Assembly (NCBI GenBank): GCA_964016885.1
Contig: OZ024740.1
Location: forward strand, 61,752,001-61,816,000
DNA: 64,000 nt
Direction of reading: 5' to 3'
From: Eledone cirrhosa
Taxonomy: Eukaryota
In this document: positions 45,980 through 60,311 of the stretch, piece by piece
How positions within the stretch are numbered: position 1 is the stretch's first letter
How the letters are laid out: each line of letters starts with the position of its first letter
Program-made: the position numbers and the translations under genes
Notes under the pieces: generated by a model
Seen by the model: the letters and a program-made list of their open reading frames with translations, nothing else
The model's database searches: none
Told to the model about the DNA's origin: nothing

Positions 45980-46261
45980 AAATAATTAAGTCAAATATGT
46001 AAAATTTGGCTTCGTTTATTATAAATTATAGATATACTGCTATATATATTCCGGACACAGGTATACATGTTGTTGAAGTGTGTTTTACTCCGTCAATACA
46101 TCGATATGTCCAGCTCAACATGTGTACCTGTCTTTCCAACACCAATTCGGACTGCCTGAAGAGGTCACAGCCAATGATGGCTGTCACCGAAATATATATA
46201 GCAGTATATCTATAATTTATAATAAACGAAGCCAAATTTTACATATTTGACTTAATTATTT
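45980..46261 (+). mobile_element. Fold-back element, arms 45980-46053 / 46188-46261, abutting a TA tract
   Basis: Inverted arms; a hammerhead overlaps the start of the right arm. Confidence 0.82.
46151..46205 (+). ncRNA. Type I hammerhead ribozyme
   Basis: ACTGC-CTGAAGA-GGTCACAGCCA-ATGA-TGGCTGTCACC-GAAA-TATATA-TA-GCAGT. Confidence 0.88.
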
Positions 46262-46286
46262 CATATATATATATAATATATATATA

Positions 46287-46510
46287 ACACTGTAAAGTGG
46301 ACGTGTAGGCGCCATGGAAAAAGCACCCAGCACTCACTGTAAATGAGGTTGGTGTGTAGGAAGGGCATCCAGCTGTAGAAATCAAGCCAAAATCAGTTCC
46401 TGTATGAGCAAGGCATGGTCAGCCGACCAGACACTGCCCACAACAGGACAACCCGTCTAACCCATGCTAGCGTGGAAGAACGGACATAAAACGGTGATGA
46501 TGATGATGAT
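46287..46510 (+). mobile_element. RTE family B 3'UTR fragment with tail
   Basis: Matches 41525-41753. Confidence 0.88.
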
Positions 46511-46522
46511 ATATATATATAC

Positions 46523-46562
<40 letters not shown>

Positions 46563-47630
46563 GTGTGTGTGTATATACATATATATAATGATTTCTTTAT
46601 ATATGTATGTAAAAAGTAAACAAAAATAACAAAACAAACGGCACAGTATATTGGGGAAATATATTAGTTTAACGCTTGAAATATCAGGAAAAGAGTCTTA
46701 AAGTTTTGGATACAAGTCCTGTATCAGAACATAGAATTAGAAATAAAAGATAAAACTGAAAGATAAAGAGTGAAAAGAGGATTGATCCGAAAAAAAGGCA
46801 AAAAACAAACAAACGATGCGTGCATATTCAGTCAGCCATTCTGGAGATATGTATGTATATATGTATATTTGTATATATATATATATATATATGTATCTGG
46901 TCTGGCAAGTGGGGTAAGTGGAAACCCAACAGCCCCAAAACAAAAACCGTTAAAAGGTGGTAAGCTCCACAGAGTCAATGGCCATCCACCCCAAATATGG
47001 GTTAAGTAGCCTCACCAACATGCAATTGGCCAAGTGTGGTGAGTACAGCTACTCCACCTGAGGTGGTTAAACTCCATTACAATAACATGTAATTACCTTA
47101 ACTGTCCTATTATCTTGCCTTAACTTGCCACTGGACAGATAGCTGCGGGGATGGAGTGGGTGCTATGTGGGTAGCACAAGTACGTAGCATTGCCATCTTT
47201 TTTCACAAGTCCCACAGCGGTGGAGGAGTGGACTGGTTAGAAGCACATGGTAAAAAATCTCCATGTGGGTGCTCAAGTCTTATGCTAATAAGCTGCATTG
47301 TTAACCTGAACAGTAACATGCTTCGGTGAAGTCTTGAGCATCTGAGCAGCCCTTTTTGGGGACGCACTTCTCACCTATACCACATGGGAAAGGTCTAGAA
47401 AAGGTGACCTTGACAAATCCTGTTCAGTCATCAAACTGGCCAGCAGCCTGCAGTTGGCGGTGGTTCATAATTGCTGGGAATTCAGATGAGATGTAAAGAA
47501 GTGGCAATTATCATATGTATATATATGTATATGTGAGTGTATATATGTATATGTATGTGTGTGTGTATATATGTATATGTATGTGTTTGTGTACATGAAT
47601 ATATATATGTTTATGTATGTGTGTCTATAT

Positions 47631-48040
47631 ATCATCATCATCTTTACGTTTGTCCACGTTCGCATAGGATGGACGGGCCCTTCTCAGCACGGCATCTCTC
47701 CACTCGCCATGTTCCCTTGTCATCTCTTCTGAGTCTCAGTGATTAGGGATCAGTTCTCACCACCTCGGCCCAGGTCTTTCTTGGTCTACCTCTACTGCTG
47801 CTTCCTTCCACATGTCCTTGCCAATGCAGTCTTCTCGTCTGCACACCACCTCAGATTCTTCTTTAACCCAGCTTCTCCCTTGGTTCATTGAAGCTCAGCC
47901 TTTCTCTCACATTTACATTAAACATCCAACGAAGCATGGTTGCTTTATTTCTCTCCAGTCTTCTGCAGTCACTGCTCATATTTCACTACCATGCAACATT
48001 GCACTTTTTTTACATAGGGAGAAACCTTTTGTTGTCAACA
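47631..48040 (-). mobile_element. Old degenerate RTE 3' fragment
   Basis: CATCATCAT tail and similarity to 21560-22050. Confidence 0.7.
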
Positions 48041-48046
48041 GTGTGA

Positions 48047-48723
48047 GTGGATAAATTAAAGCTCCGACGACTGGTAACTGATGTGGTAGACACCCACAAA
48101 ATTATTAATAATCAAATTGCCAACAACAACTTTGAGCACCTTTTTGAATTCCATGTGTTTACCTCCTGTGGACATGCTTACAAAATCAGAAAACAGCACA
48201 GCTCCCGTGACTTTCAGAAACATTTTTTCATGCTCAAAGTTGATGAAACATGGAACAAACTACCTGTGTCAGTTATTAGCTGTTGGGACACTGCATCCTT
48301 CAAAACTCCATGCTTTCCAAAATTCACTAACACTACACCTGATATTCCCCCTCCATACACCTGCATGCATGTATCTGTGTGTATACCATGACTCGTACAC
48401 TGTTCACTTTCCTGACATTGGTACATTATTCTATGTACTATAGGCGGTGGATTGGCAGTATCGGTAGAGGGTCGGACGCCATGCTTTCCAGCATAGTTAC
48501 GTCCCTTTACAATCTGAGTTCAAATCCCGCCGAGGTTGACTTTGCCTTCATCCTTACGGGGTCGATAAAATAAAGTACCAGTAATGCACTGTGTAATTTG
48601 CTGGCCTTGTGCCTAAAGTAGAAACAATTATTCTATGTACTATACATGCACCTTTGATGAGTTGTAGTGCACCTGAGCACTGTACACAATAATTTTCATT
48701 ATTATTATTATTATTATTATTAT
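48047..48723 (+). mobile_element. CR1/L2-like LINE 3' relic interrupted by a SINE
   Basis: RR..D...KI...GH.YK...HFF..V..WN.LP..V...FK C-terminal motif; ATT tail. Confidence 0.75.
48443..48626 (+). mobile_element. tRNA-derived SINE with 18-bp TSD
   Basis: ATTATTCTATGTACTATA at 48425-48442 and 48627-48644; A box TGGCAGTATCGG, B box GAGTTCAAATCC. Confidence 0.88.
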
Positions 48724-48725
48724 AA

Positions 48726-49160
48726 GGCGGAGGGAGGATTGGCAGTATCGGTAGAGGGTCGGACGCCATGCTTTGACGTATAGAGTTACGGCCCTTGCCA
48801 TTCTGAGTTCAAATCCTGCCGAGGTTAACTTTGCCTTTCATCCTTACGGGGTCTATAAAATAAAGTACCAGTAATGCACTAGGTAATTGCTGGCCTTGTG
48901 CCTAAAGTAGAAACAATTATTATTATTAAGGTGGATTATATGGTGGATTGGCAGTAGAGGGTGGGACACCATGCTTTGCAACATAGAGTTACAGCCTTTT
49001 ATGATCTGAGTTCAATCCCGCCAAGGTTAAATTTGCCTTTCATCCTTACGGAGTCGATAAAATAAAGCAGCAGTAATGTACTGGGTGTCGATTTAATCGA
49101 CTTTCCCCTCCCCCTAAATTACTGGCCTTGTGCCTATACTAGAAATCATTATTATTATAT
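48726..49160 (+). mobile_element. Two further head-to-tail copies of the same SINE (~48726-48928, ~48930-49160)
   Basis: Repeated A/B boxes and body; each starts after the previous ATT tail. Confidence 0.85.
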
Positions 49161-49553
49161 TAAATATGTAGGTTCCTGAGTTATATTTTGGAGTAACCAC
49201 AGTTAAAAAATGCACTCAATACGTTGGTAGAGTATAGGCATCTTTATTATATATAGAAATGACTTCTACATGACTAGAACTGTTTCATTTATATGAAAAA
49301 GTTCTAGTTGTGTAGATGTCATTTCTGTTGTAACCTGTACTGAGTTTATGTGATGTGCCAATCATTAAAGAAATGAGGTTCATGTGAATTATGAAGCTAT
49401 TTTCTGCTAAGTGAATGCTGCACACCAAAGATTGTTAAGTTCATCATATGTTTTGAGCTCAATCAATAACACAATCAAGGATTATAATAAGAGACTAAAT
49501 TTTCTATCCACTGTTATGAAATTTTGTGGTAGTTTTACTGCAATGACATGACA

Positions 49554-52500
49554 CATCCCACAGCTAGTGTTGTATCATGATACAGCTAGTGTTGTATCAT
49601 GATACAGCTAGTGTTGTATCATGATACAGCTAGTGTTGTATCATGATACAGCTAGTGTTGTATCATGATACAGCTAGTGTTGTATCATGATACAGCTAGT
49701 GTTGTATCATCCCACAGCTAGTGTTGTATCATCCCACAGCTAGTGTTGTATCATCCCACGGCTAGTGTTGTATCATCCCACAGCTAGTGTTGTATCATCC
49801 CACAGCTAGTGTTGTATCATGATACAGCTAGTGTTGTATCATGATACAGCTAGTGTTGTATCATGATACAGCTAGTGTTGTATCATCCCACAGCTAGTGT
49901 TGTATCATGATACAGCTAGTGTTGTATCATCCCACAGCTAGTGTTGTATCATCCCACAGCTAGTGTTGTATCATGATACAGCTAGTGTTGTATCATGATA
50001 CAGCTAGTGTTGTATCATGATACAGCTAGTGTTGTATCATGATACAGCTAGTGTTGTATCATCCCACAGCTAGTGTTGTATCATCCCACAGCTAGTGTTG
50101 TATCATCCCACAGCTAGTGTTGTATCATGATACAGCTAGTGTTGTATCATGATACAGCTAGTGTTGTATCATCCCACAGCTAGTGTTGTATCATCCCACA
50201 GCTAGTGTTGTATCATCCCACAGCTAGTGTTGTATCATGATACAGCTAGTGTTGTATCATGATACAGCTAGTGTTGTATCATCCCACAGCTAGTGTTGTA
50301 TCATCCCACAGCTAGTGTTGTATCATGATACAGCTAGTGTTGTATCATGATACAGCTAGTGTTGTATCATGATACAGCTAGTGTTGTATCATCCCATAGC
50401 TAGTGTTATATCATCCCACAGCTAGTGTTGTATCATGATACAGCTAGTGTTGTATCATGATACAGCTAGTGTTGTATCATGATACAGCTAGTGTTGTATC
50501 ATCCCACAGCTAGTGTTGTATCATCCCACAGCTAGTGTTGTATCATGATACAGCTAGTGTTGTATCATGATACAGCTAGTGTTGTATCATGATACAGCTA
50601 GTGTTGTATCATCCCACAGCTAGTGTTGTATCATCCCATAGCTAGTGTTGTATCATCCCACAGCTAGTGTTGTATCATGATACAGCTAGTGTTGTATCAT
50701 CCCACAGCTAGTGTTGTATCATCCCACAGCTAGTGTTGTATCATCCCACAGCTAGTGTTGTATCATCCCACAGCTAGTGTTGTATCATGATACAGCTAGT
50801 GTTGTATCATGATACAGCTAGTGTTGTATCATGATACAGCTAGTGTTGTATCATGATACAGCTAGTGTTGTATCATCCCATAGCTAGTGTTGTATCATCC
50901 CACAGCTAGTGTTGTATCATCCCACAGCTAGTGTTGTATCATCCCACAGCTAGTGTTGTATCATCCCACAGCTAGTGTTGTATCATCCCACAGCTAGTGT
51001 TGTATCATCCCACAGCTAGTGTTGTATCATCCCACAGCTAGTGTTGTATCATGATACAGCTAGTGTTGTATCATGATACAGCTAGTGTTGTATCATGATA
51101 CAGCTAGTGTTGTATCATCCCACAGCTAGTGTTGTATCATGATACAGCTAGTGTTGTATCATCCCACAGCTAGTGTTGTATCATCCCACAGCTAGTGTTG
51201 TATCATCCCACAGCTAGTGTTGTATCATCCCACAGCTAGTGTTGTATCATGATACAGCTAGTGTTGTATCATGATACAGCTAGTGTTGTATCATGATACA
51301 GCTAGTGTTGTATCATGATACAGCTAGTGTTGTATCATGATACAGCTAGTGTTGTATCATCCCACAGCTAGTGTTGTATCATCCCACAGCTAGTGTTGTA
51401 TCATCCCACAGCTAGTGTTGTATCATGATACAGCTAGTGTTGTATCATGATACAGCTAGTGTTGTATCATCCCACAGCTAGTGTTGTATCATCCCACAGC
51501 TAGTGTTGTATCATGATACAGCTAGTGTTGTATCATGATACAGCTAGTGTTGTATCATGATACAGCTAGTGTTGTATCATCCCACAGCTAGTGTTGTATC
51601 ATGATACAGCTAGTGTTGTATCATCCCACAGCTAGTGTTGTATCATCCCACAGCTAGTGTTGTATCATCCCACAGCTAGTGTTGTATCATCCCACAGCTA
51701 GTGTTGTATCATGATACAGCTAGTGTTGTATCATGATACAGCTAGTGTTGTATCATGATACAGCTAGTGTTGTATCATGATACAGCTAGTGTTGTATCAT
51801 CCCACAGCTAGTGTTGTATCATCCCACAGCTAGTGTTGTATCATCCCACAGCTAGTGTTGTATCATGATACAGCTAGTGTTGTATCATCCCACAGCTAGT
51901 GTTGTATCATCCCACAGCTAGTGTTGTATCATCCCACAGCTAGTGTTGTATCATGATACAGCTAGTGTTGTATCATGATACAGCTAGTGTTGTATCATGA
52001 TACAGCTAGTGTTGTATCATCCCACAGCTAGTGTTGTATCATGATACAGCTAGTGTTGTATCATGATACAGCTAGTGTTGTATCATCCCACAGCTAGTGT
52101 TGTATCATCCCACAGCTAGTGTTGTATCATGATACAGCTAGTGTTGTATCATCCCACAGCTAGTGTTGTATCATCCCACAGCTAGTGTTGTATCATCCCA
52201 TAGCTAGTGTTGTATCATGATACAGCTAGTGTTGTATCATCCCACAGCTAGTGTTGTATCATCCCACAGCTAGTGTTGTATCATGATACAGCTAGTGTTG
52301 TATCATCCCACAGCTAGTGTTGTATCATCCCACAGCTAGTGTTGTATCATCCCACAGCTAGTGTTGTATCATCCCACAGCTAGTGTTGTATCATGATACA
52401 GCTAGTGTTGTATCATGATACAGCTAGTGTTGTATCATGATACAGCTAGTGTTGTATCATCCCACAGCTAGTGTTGTATCATGATACAGCTAGTGTTGTA

Positions 52501-55500
52501 TCATGATACAACTAGTGTTGTATCATCCCACAGCTAGTGTTGTACCATCCCACAGCTAGTGTTGTATCATCCCACAGCTAGTGTTGTATCATCCCACAGC
52601 TAGTGTTGTATCATGATACAGCTAGTGTTGTATCATGATACAGCTAGTGTTGTATCACCCCATAGCTAGTGTTGTATCATCCCACAGCTAGTGTTGTATC
52701 ATCCCACAGCTAGTGTTGTATCATCCCACAGCTAGTGTTGTATCATCCCACAGCTAGTGTTGTATCATCCCACAGCTAGTGTTGTATCATCCCACAGCTA
52801 GTGTTGTATCATCCCACAGCTAGTGTTGTATCATCCCACAGCTAGTGTTGTATCATCCCACAGCTAGTGTTGTATCATCCCATAGCTAGTGTTGTATCAT
52901 CCCACAGCTAGTGTTGTATCATCCCACAGCTAGTGTTGTATCATCCCATAGCTAGTGTTGTATCATCCCATAGCTAGTGTTGTATCATGATACAGCTAGT
53001 GTTGTATCACCCCATAGCTAGTGTTGTATCATCCCACAGCTAGTGTTGTATCATCCCACAGCTAGTGTTGTATCATCCCACAGCTAGTGTTGTATCATCC
53101 CACAGCTAGTGTTGTATCATCCCACAGCTAGTGTTGTATCATCCCACAGCTAGTGTTGTATCATCCCACAGCTAGTGTTGTATCATCCCACAGCTAGTGT
53201 TGTATCATCCCACAGCTAGTGTTGTATCATCCCATAGCTAGTGTTGTATCATCCCACAGCTAGTGTTGTATCATCCCACAGCTAGTGTTGTATCATCCCA
53301 CAGCTAGTGTTGTATCATCCCATAGCTAGTGTTGTATCATCCCACAGCTAGTGTTGTATCATGATACAGCTAGTGTTGTATCATCCCACAGCTAGTGTTG
53401 TATCATCCCACAGCTAGTGTTGTATCATCCCACAGCTAGTGTTGTATCATCCCACAGCTAGTGTTGTATCATCCCACAGCTAGTGTTGTATCATCCCACA
53501 GCTAGTGTTGTATCATCCCACAGCTAGTGTTGTATCATCCCATAGCTAGTGTTGTATCATCCCACAGCTAGTGTTGTATCATCCCACAGCTAGTGTTGTA
53601 TCATCCCATAGCTAGTGTTGTATCATCCCATAGCTAGTGTTGTATCATGATACAGCTAGTGTTGTATCACCCCATAGCTAGTGTTGTATCATCCCACAGC
53701 TAGTGTTGTATCATCCCACAGCTAGTGTTGTATCATCCCACAGCTAGTGTTGTATCATCCCACAGCTAGTGTTGTATCATCCCACAGCTAGTGTTGTATC
53801 ATCCCACAGCTAGTGTTGTATCATCCCACAGCTAGTGTTGTATCATCCCACAGCTAGTGTTGTATCATCCCACAGCTAGTGTTGTATCATCCCACAGCTA
53901 GTGTTGTATCACCCCATAGCTAGTGTTGTATCATCCCACAGCTAGTGTTGTATCATCCCATAGCTAGTGTTGTATCATCCCACAGCTAGTGTTGTATCAT
54001 CCCACAGCTAGTGTTGTATCATGATACAGCTAGTGTTGTATCATGATACAGCTAGTGTTGTATCATGATACAGCTAGTGTTGTATCATCCCACAGCTAGT
54101 GTTGTATCATCCCATAGCTAGTGTTGTATCATCCCACAGCTAGTGTTGTATCATGATACAGCTAGTGTTGTATCATGATACAGCTAGTGTTGTATCATCC
54201 CACAGCTAGTGTTGTATCATGATACAGCTAGTGTTGTATCATGATACAGCTAGTGTTGTATCATCCCACAGCTAGTGTTGTATCATGATACAGCTAGTGT
54301 TGTATCATGATACAGCTAGTGTTGTATCATCCCACAGCTAGTGTTGTATCATCCCACAGCTAGTGTTGTATCATCCCATAGCTAGTGTTGTATCATCCCA
54401 CAGCTAGTGTTGTATCATGATACAGCTAGTGTTGTATCATCCCACTGCTAGTGTTGTATCATCCCACAGCTAGTGTTGTATCATCCCACAGCTAGTGTTG
54501 TATCATCCCACAGCTAGTGTTGTATCATCCCACAGCTAGTGTTGTATCATCCCACAGCTAGTGTTGTATCATCCCACAGCTAGTGTTGTATCATCCCACA
54601 GCTAGTGTTGTATCATCCCACAGCTAGTGTTGTATCATCCCACAGCTAGTGTTGTATCATCCCACAGTTAGTGTTGTATCATCCCACAGCTAGTGTTGTA
54701 TCATCCCACAGCTAGTGTTGTATCATCCCACAGCTAGTGTTGTATCATCCCACAGCTAGTGTTGTATCATCCCACAGCTAGTGTTGTATCATCCCATAGC
54801 TAGTGTTGTATCATCCCATAGCTAGTGTTGTATCATCCCACAGCTAGTGTTGTATCATCCCACAGCTAGTGTTGTATCATCCCACAGCTAGTGTTGTATC
54901 ATGATACAGCTAGTGTTGTATCATGATACAGCTAGTGTTGTATCATCCCACAGCTAGTGTTGTATCATGATACAGCTAGTGTTGTATCATCCCACAGCTA
55001 GTGTTGTATCATGATACAGCTAGTGTTGTATCATGATACAGCTAGTGTTGTATCATGATACAGCTAGTGTTGTATCATCCCATAGCTAGTGTTATATCAT
55101 CCCACAGCTAGTGTTGTATCATCCCACAGCTAGTGTTGTATCATGATACAGCTAGTGTTGTATCATGATACAGCTAGTGTTGTATCATCCCATAGCTAGT
55201 GTTGTATCATGATACAGCTAGTGTTGTATCATGATACAGCTAGTGTTGTATCATGATACAGCTAGTGTTGTATCATCCCACAGCTAGTGTTGTATCATCC
55301 CACAGCTAGTGTTGTATCATCCCACAGCTAGTGTTGTATCATGATACAGCTAGTGTTGTATCATGATACAGCTAGTGTTGCATAAGATACAGCTAGTGTT
55401 GTATCATGATACAGCTAGTGTTGTATCATGATACAGCTAGTGTTGTATCATGATACAGCTAGTGTTGTATCATCCCACAGCTAGTGTTGTATCATCCCAC

Positions 55501-58500
55501 AGCTAGTGTTGTATCATCCCACAGCTAGTGTTGTATCATTATACAGCTAGTGTTGTATCATCCCACAGCTAGTGTTGTATCATCCCACAGCTAGTGTTGT
55601 ATCATCCCACAGCTAGTGTTGTATCATCCCACAGCTAGTGTTGTATCATCCCACAGCTAGTGTTGTATCATGATACAGCTAGTGTTGTATCATCCCACAG
55701 CTAGTGTTGTATCATCCCACAGCTAGTGTTGTATCATCCCACAGCTAGTGTTGTATCATCCCACAGCTAGTGTTGTATCATCCCACAGCTAGTGTTGTAT
55801 CATCCCACAGCTAGTGTTGTATCATCCCACAGCTAGTGTTGTATCATCCCACAGCTAGTGTTGTATCATCCCACAGCTAGTGTTGTATCATGATACAGCT
55901 AGTGTTGTATCATCCCACAGCTAGTGTTGTATCATCCCATAGCTAGTGTTGTATCATCCCACAGCTAGTGTTGTATCATCCCATAGCTAGTGTTGTATCA
56001 TCCCACAGCTAGTGTTGTATCATGATACAGCTAGTGTTGTATCATCCCACAGCTAGTGTTGTATCATCCCACAGCTAGTGCTGTATCATCACACAGCTAG
56101 TGTTGTATCATCCCACAGCTAGTGTTGTATCATCCCACAGCTAGTGTTGTATCATCCCACAGCTAGTGTTGTATCATGATACAGCTAGTGTTGTATCATC
56201 CCACAGCTAGTGTTGTATCATCCCACAGCTAGTGTTGTATCATCCCACAGCTAGTGTTGTATCATCCCATAGCTAGTGTTGTATCATGATACAGCTAGTG
56301 TTGTATCATCCCACAGCTAGTGTTGTATCATCCCACAGCTAGTGTTGTATCATCCCATAGCTAGTGTTGTATCATCCCACAGCTAGTGTTGTATCATCCC
56401 ACAGCTAGTGTTGTATCATCCCACAGCTAGTGTTGTATCATCCCACAGCTAGTGTTGTATCATCCCACAGCTAGTGTTGTATCATCCCACAGCTAGTGTT
56501 GTATCATCCCACAGCTAATGTTGTATCATGATACAGCTAGTGTTGTATCATCCCACAGCTAGTGTTGTATGATCCCACACCTAGTGTTGTATCATCCCAC
56601 AGCTAGTGTTGTATCATCCCATAGCTAGTGTTGTATCATGATACAGCTAGTGTTGTATCATCCCACAGCTAGTGTTGTATCATCCCACAGCTAGTGTTGT
56701 ATCATCCCACAGCTAGTGTTGTATCATCCCATAGCTAGTGTTGTATCATCCCACAGCTAGTGTTGTATCATCCCATAGCTAGTGTTGTATCATCCCACAG
56801 CTAGTGTTGTATCATCCCACAGCTGGTGTTGTATCATCCCACAGCTAGTGTTGTATCATCCCATAGCTAGTGTTGTATCATACCACAGCTAGTGTTGTAT
56901 CATCCCACAGCTAGTGTTGTATCATCCCACAGCTAGTGTTGTATCATGATACAGCTAGTGTTGTATCATCCCACAGCTAGTGTTGTATCATGATACAGCT
57001 AGTGTTGTATCATCCCACAGCTAGTGTTGTATCATGATACAGCTAGTGTTGTATCATGATACAGCTAGTGTTGTATCATGATACAGCTAGTGTTGTATCA
57101 TCCCACAGCTAGTGTTGTATCATGATACAGCTAGTGTTGTATCATGATACAGCTAGTGTTGTATCATCCCACAGCTAGTGTTGTATCATCCCACAGCTAG
57201 TGTTGTATCATCCCACAGCTAGTGTTGTATCATCCCATAGCTAGTGTTGTATCATCCCACAGCTAGTGTTGTATCATCCCACAGCTAGTGTTGTATCATG
57301 ATACAGCTAGTGTTGTATCATCCCACAGCTAGTGTTGTATCATCCCATAGCTAGTGTTGTATCATCCCACAGCTAGTGTTGTATCATCCCACAGCTAGTG
57401 TTGTATCATCCCACAGCTAGTGTTGTATCATCCCACAGCTAGTGTTATATCATGATACAGCTAGTGTTGTATCATCCCACAGCTAGTGTATCATGATACA
57501 GCTAGTGTTGTATCATCCCATAGCTAGTGTTGTATCATGATACAACTAGTGTTGTATCATCCCACAGCTAGTGTTGTATCATCCCACAGCTAGTGTTGTA
57601 TCATCCCACAGCTAGTGTATCATGATACAGCTAGTGTTGTATCATCCCACAGCTAGTGTTGTATCATCCCACAGCTAGTGTTGTATCATCCCACAGCTAG
57701 TGTTGTATCATCCCACAGCTAGTGTTGTATCATCCCACAGCTAGTGTTATATCATGATACAGCTAGTGTTGTATCATCCCACAGCTAGTGTTGTATCATC
57801 CCACAGCTAGTGTTGTATCATCCCACAGCTAGTGTTGTATCATGATACAGCTAGTGTTGTATCATCCCACAGCTAGTGTTGTATCATCCCACAGCTAGTG
57901 TTGTATCATGATACAGCTAGTGTTGTATCATCCCACAGCTAGTGTTGTATCATCCCATAGCTAGTGGTGTATCATCCCACAGCTAGTGTTGTATCATCCC
58001 ACAGTTAGTGTTGTATCATCCCACAGCTAGTGTTGTATCATCCCACAGCTAGTGTTGTATCATCCCACAGCTAGTGTTGTATCATGATACAGCTAGTGTT
58101 GTATCATCCCATAGCTATTGTTGTATCATCCCACAGCTAGTGTTGTATCATCCCACAGCTAGTGTTGTATCATCCCACAGCTAGTGTTGTATCATCCCAC
58201 AGCTAGTGTTGTATCATCCCACAGCTAGTGTTGAATCATCCCACAGCTAGTGTTGTATCATCCCACAGCTAGTGTTGTATCATCCCACAGCTAGTGTTGT
58301 ATCATCCCACAGCTAGTGTTGTATCATCCCACAGCTAGTGTTGTATCATCCCACAGCTAGTGTTGTATCATCCCACAGCTAGTGTTGTATCATGATACAG
58401 CTAGTGTTGTATCATCCCACAGCTAGTGTTGTATCATCCCACAGCTAGTGTTGTATCATTCCACAGCTAGTGTTGTATCATCCCATAGCTAGTGTTGTAT

Positions 58501-59325
58501 CATCCCACAGCTAGTGTTGTATCATCCCACAGCTAGTGTTGTATCATCCCACAGCTAGTGTTGTATCATGATACAGCTAGTGTTGTATCATCCCACAGCT
58601 AGTGTCGTATCATCCCACAGCTAGTGTTGTATCATCCCACAGCTAGTGTTGTATCATCCCACAGCTAGTGTTGTATCATCCCATAGCTAGTGTTGTATCA
58701 TCCCACAGCTAGTGTTGTATCATGATACAGCTAGTGTTGTATCATCCCACAGCTAGTGTTGTATCATCCCACAGCTAGTGTTGTATCATCCCACAGCTAG
58801 TGTTGTATCATTCCACAGCTAGTGTTGTATCATCCCATAGCTAGTGTTGTATCATCCCACAGCTAGTGTTGTATCATCCCACAGCTAGTGTTGTATCATC
58901 CCACAGCTAGTGTTGTATCATGATACAGCTAGTGTTGTATCATCCCACAGCTAGTGTCGTATCATCCCACAGCTAGTGTTGTATCATCCCACAGCTAGTG
59001 TTGTATCATCCCACAGCTAGTGTTGTATCATCCCATAGCTAGTGTTGTATCATCCCACAGCTAGTGTTGTATCATGATACAGCTAGTGTTGTATCATCCC
59101 ACAGCTAGTGTTGTATCATCCCACAGCTAGTGTTGTATCATCCCACAGCTAGTGTTGTATCATCCCACAGCTAGTGTTGTATTATCCCACAGCTAGTGTT
59201 GTATCATCCCACAGCTAGTGTTGTATCATCCCACAGCTAGTGTTGTATCATCCCATAGCTAGTGGTGTATCATCCCACAGCTAGTGTTGTATCATCCCAC
59301 AGCTCATGTTGTATCATGATACAGC
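49554..59325. repeat. 22-bp tandem satellite (~440 units), CAGCTAGTGTTGTATCAT[CCCA|GATA]
   Basis: Direct reading; two major interspersed variants plus a minor CCCAT variant. Confidence 0.98.
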
Positions 59326-60137
59326 ACTGAGGCAATGGTAAGATAATGAGAGAGTTAAATCTAAAAACCTAAAATTAAGTGAACATGCATCAACACACAC
59401 CCTGTGTTCATTTTCACGGTGAAAATTTATATGGATAAACTAATTCTAAATTCATTAACTGAAATTGATTTTCTTTATAATAATGCTGTTCTTGCAGTAT
59501 CTTGACATAATCTAGTCATAATTTTTTTTCAAATTTGATAATACATAGTTAGAAACATATTAACTCAGGTTAAAGTCCAATGCTGTTGATGTAATAATAT
59601 CAGCTGCTGTTTACAGTAGTTTGCAATTAATTTATTTTTAAATTTAAACATAAAGTAAAATTCATTGCTTATTTTGCAATTTGAGTATTAGAAATTCATT
59701 TTATTTATGCATTTCAATTCATATCATTTGTAGTTTCCAATTTATATTATGTATAGAAATAGTAAAAATTCTGTATGTTTATTTTTTTATAATATTTATG
59801 TCTGGGGAACAGATTCAGCATGGTAGTACAGTTCACAATCTATGATAAATGCTATATGTTACTTGATTGGTAGGCAGTCAGATGGCTGCCTGCCTTCCTG
59901 GAGTTAATATTGTAAATGATTAAGTCATTTGTATTACAGAAGTTTAGGGGATTTGATCTTTCCTTGTTTCTCATATCATATCAATGATTTCTTTGTTCAT
60001 TTGTCAGTTTTGATTATGGTGCATACACAAAGATAAAAGCTGCTGTTATGCTGTCCATGACTAGTCTAAGCTAAACTTAATTATACTATTACACACTCTC
60101 ACTATTTCAATTACTTTATCTACCCATTTCTTTGCTA

Positions 60138-60311
60138 CTAGGACTCCATTCTGCCGAGCTCCTCTGCAAGATTGGAGCGTCGGTGGCCCGACTGGGGAGG
60201 GAGCCCTGTGAGGTTGGGTGGCTGTTGCAGCGAGTGTTACTGACCATCATCCAGGGGAATGCTTTTGCCGTCTTGTTAGCGGGGTGCAGCACTTATGCCC
60301 TCTTGCCCTAG
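60138..60311 (+). pseudogene. C-terminal fragment of a CRE-like (RLE) non-LTR retrotransposon
   Basis: GC-rich patch translating LGLHSAELLCKIG...GREPCEVGWLLQRVLLTIIQGNAFAVL, resembling the QR.S...QRGNA terminus. Confidence 0.6.

Noticed and set aside
49255-49326. 72-bp imperfect hairpin
   Set aside because: Real inverted repeat, but too short and without a ribozyme core to classify
49554-59325. CRISPR-like or information-coding array
   Set aside because: No unique spacers and no cas genes; eukaryotic context; simple tandem satellite with frequent stop codons
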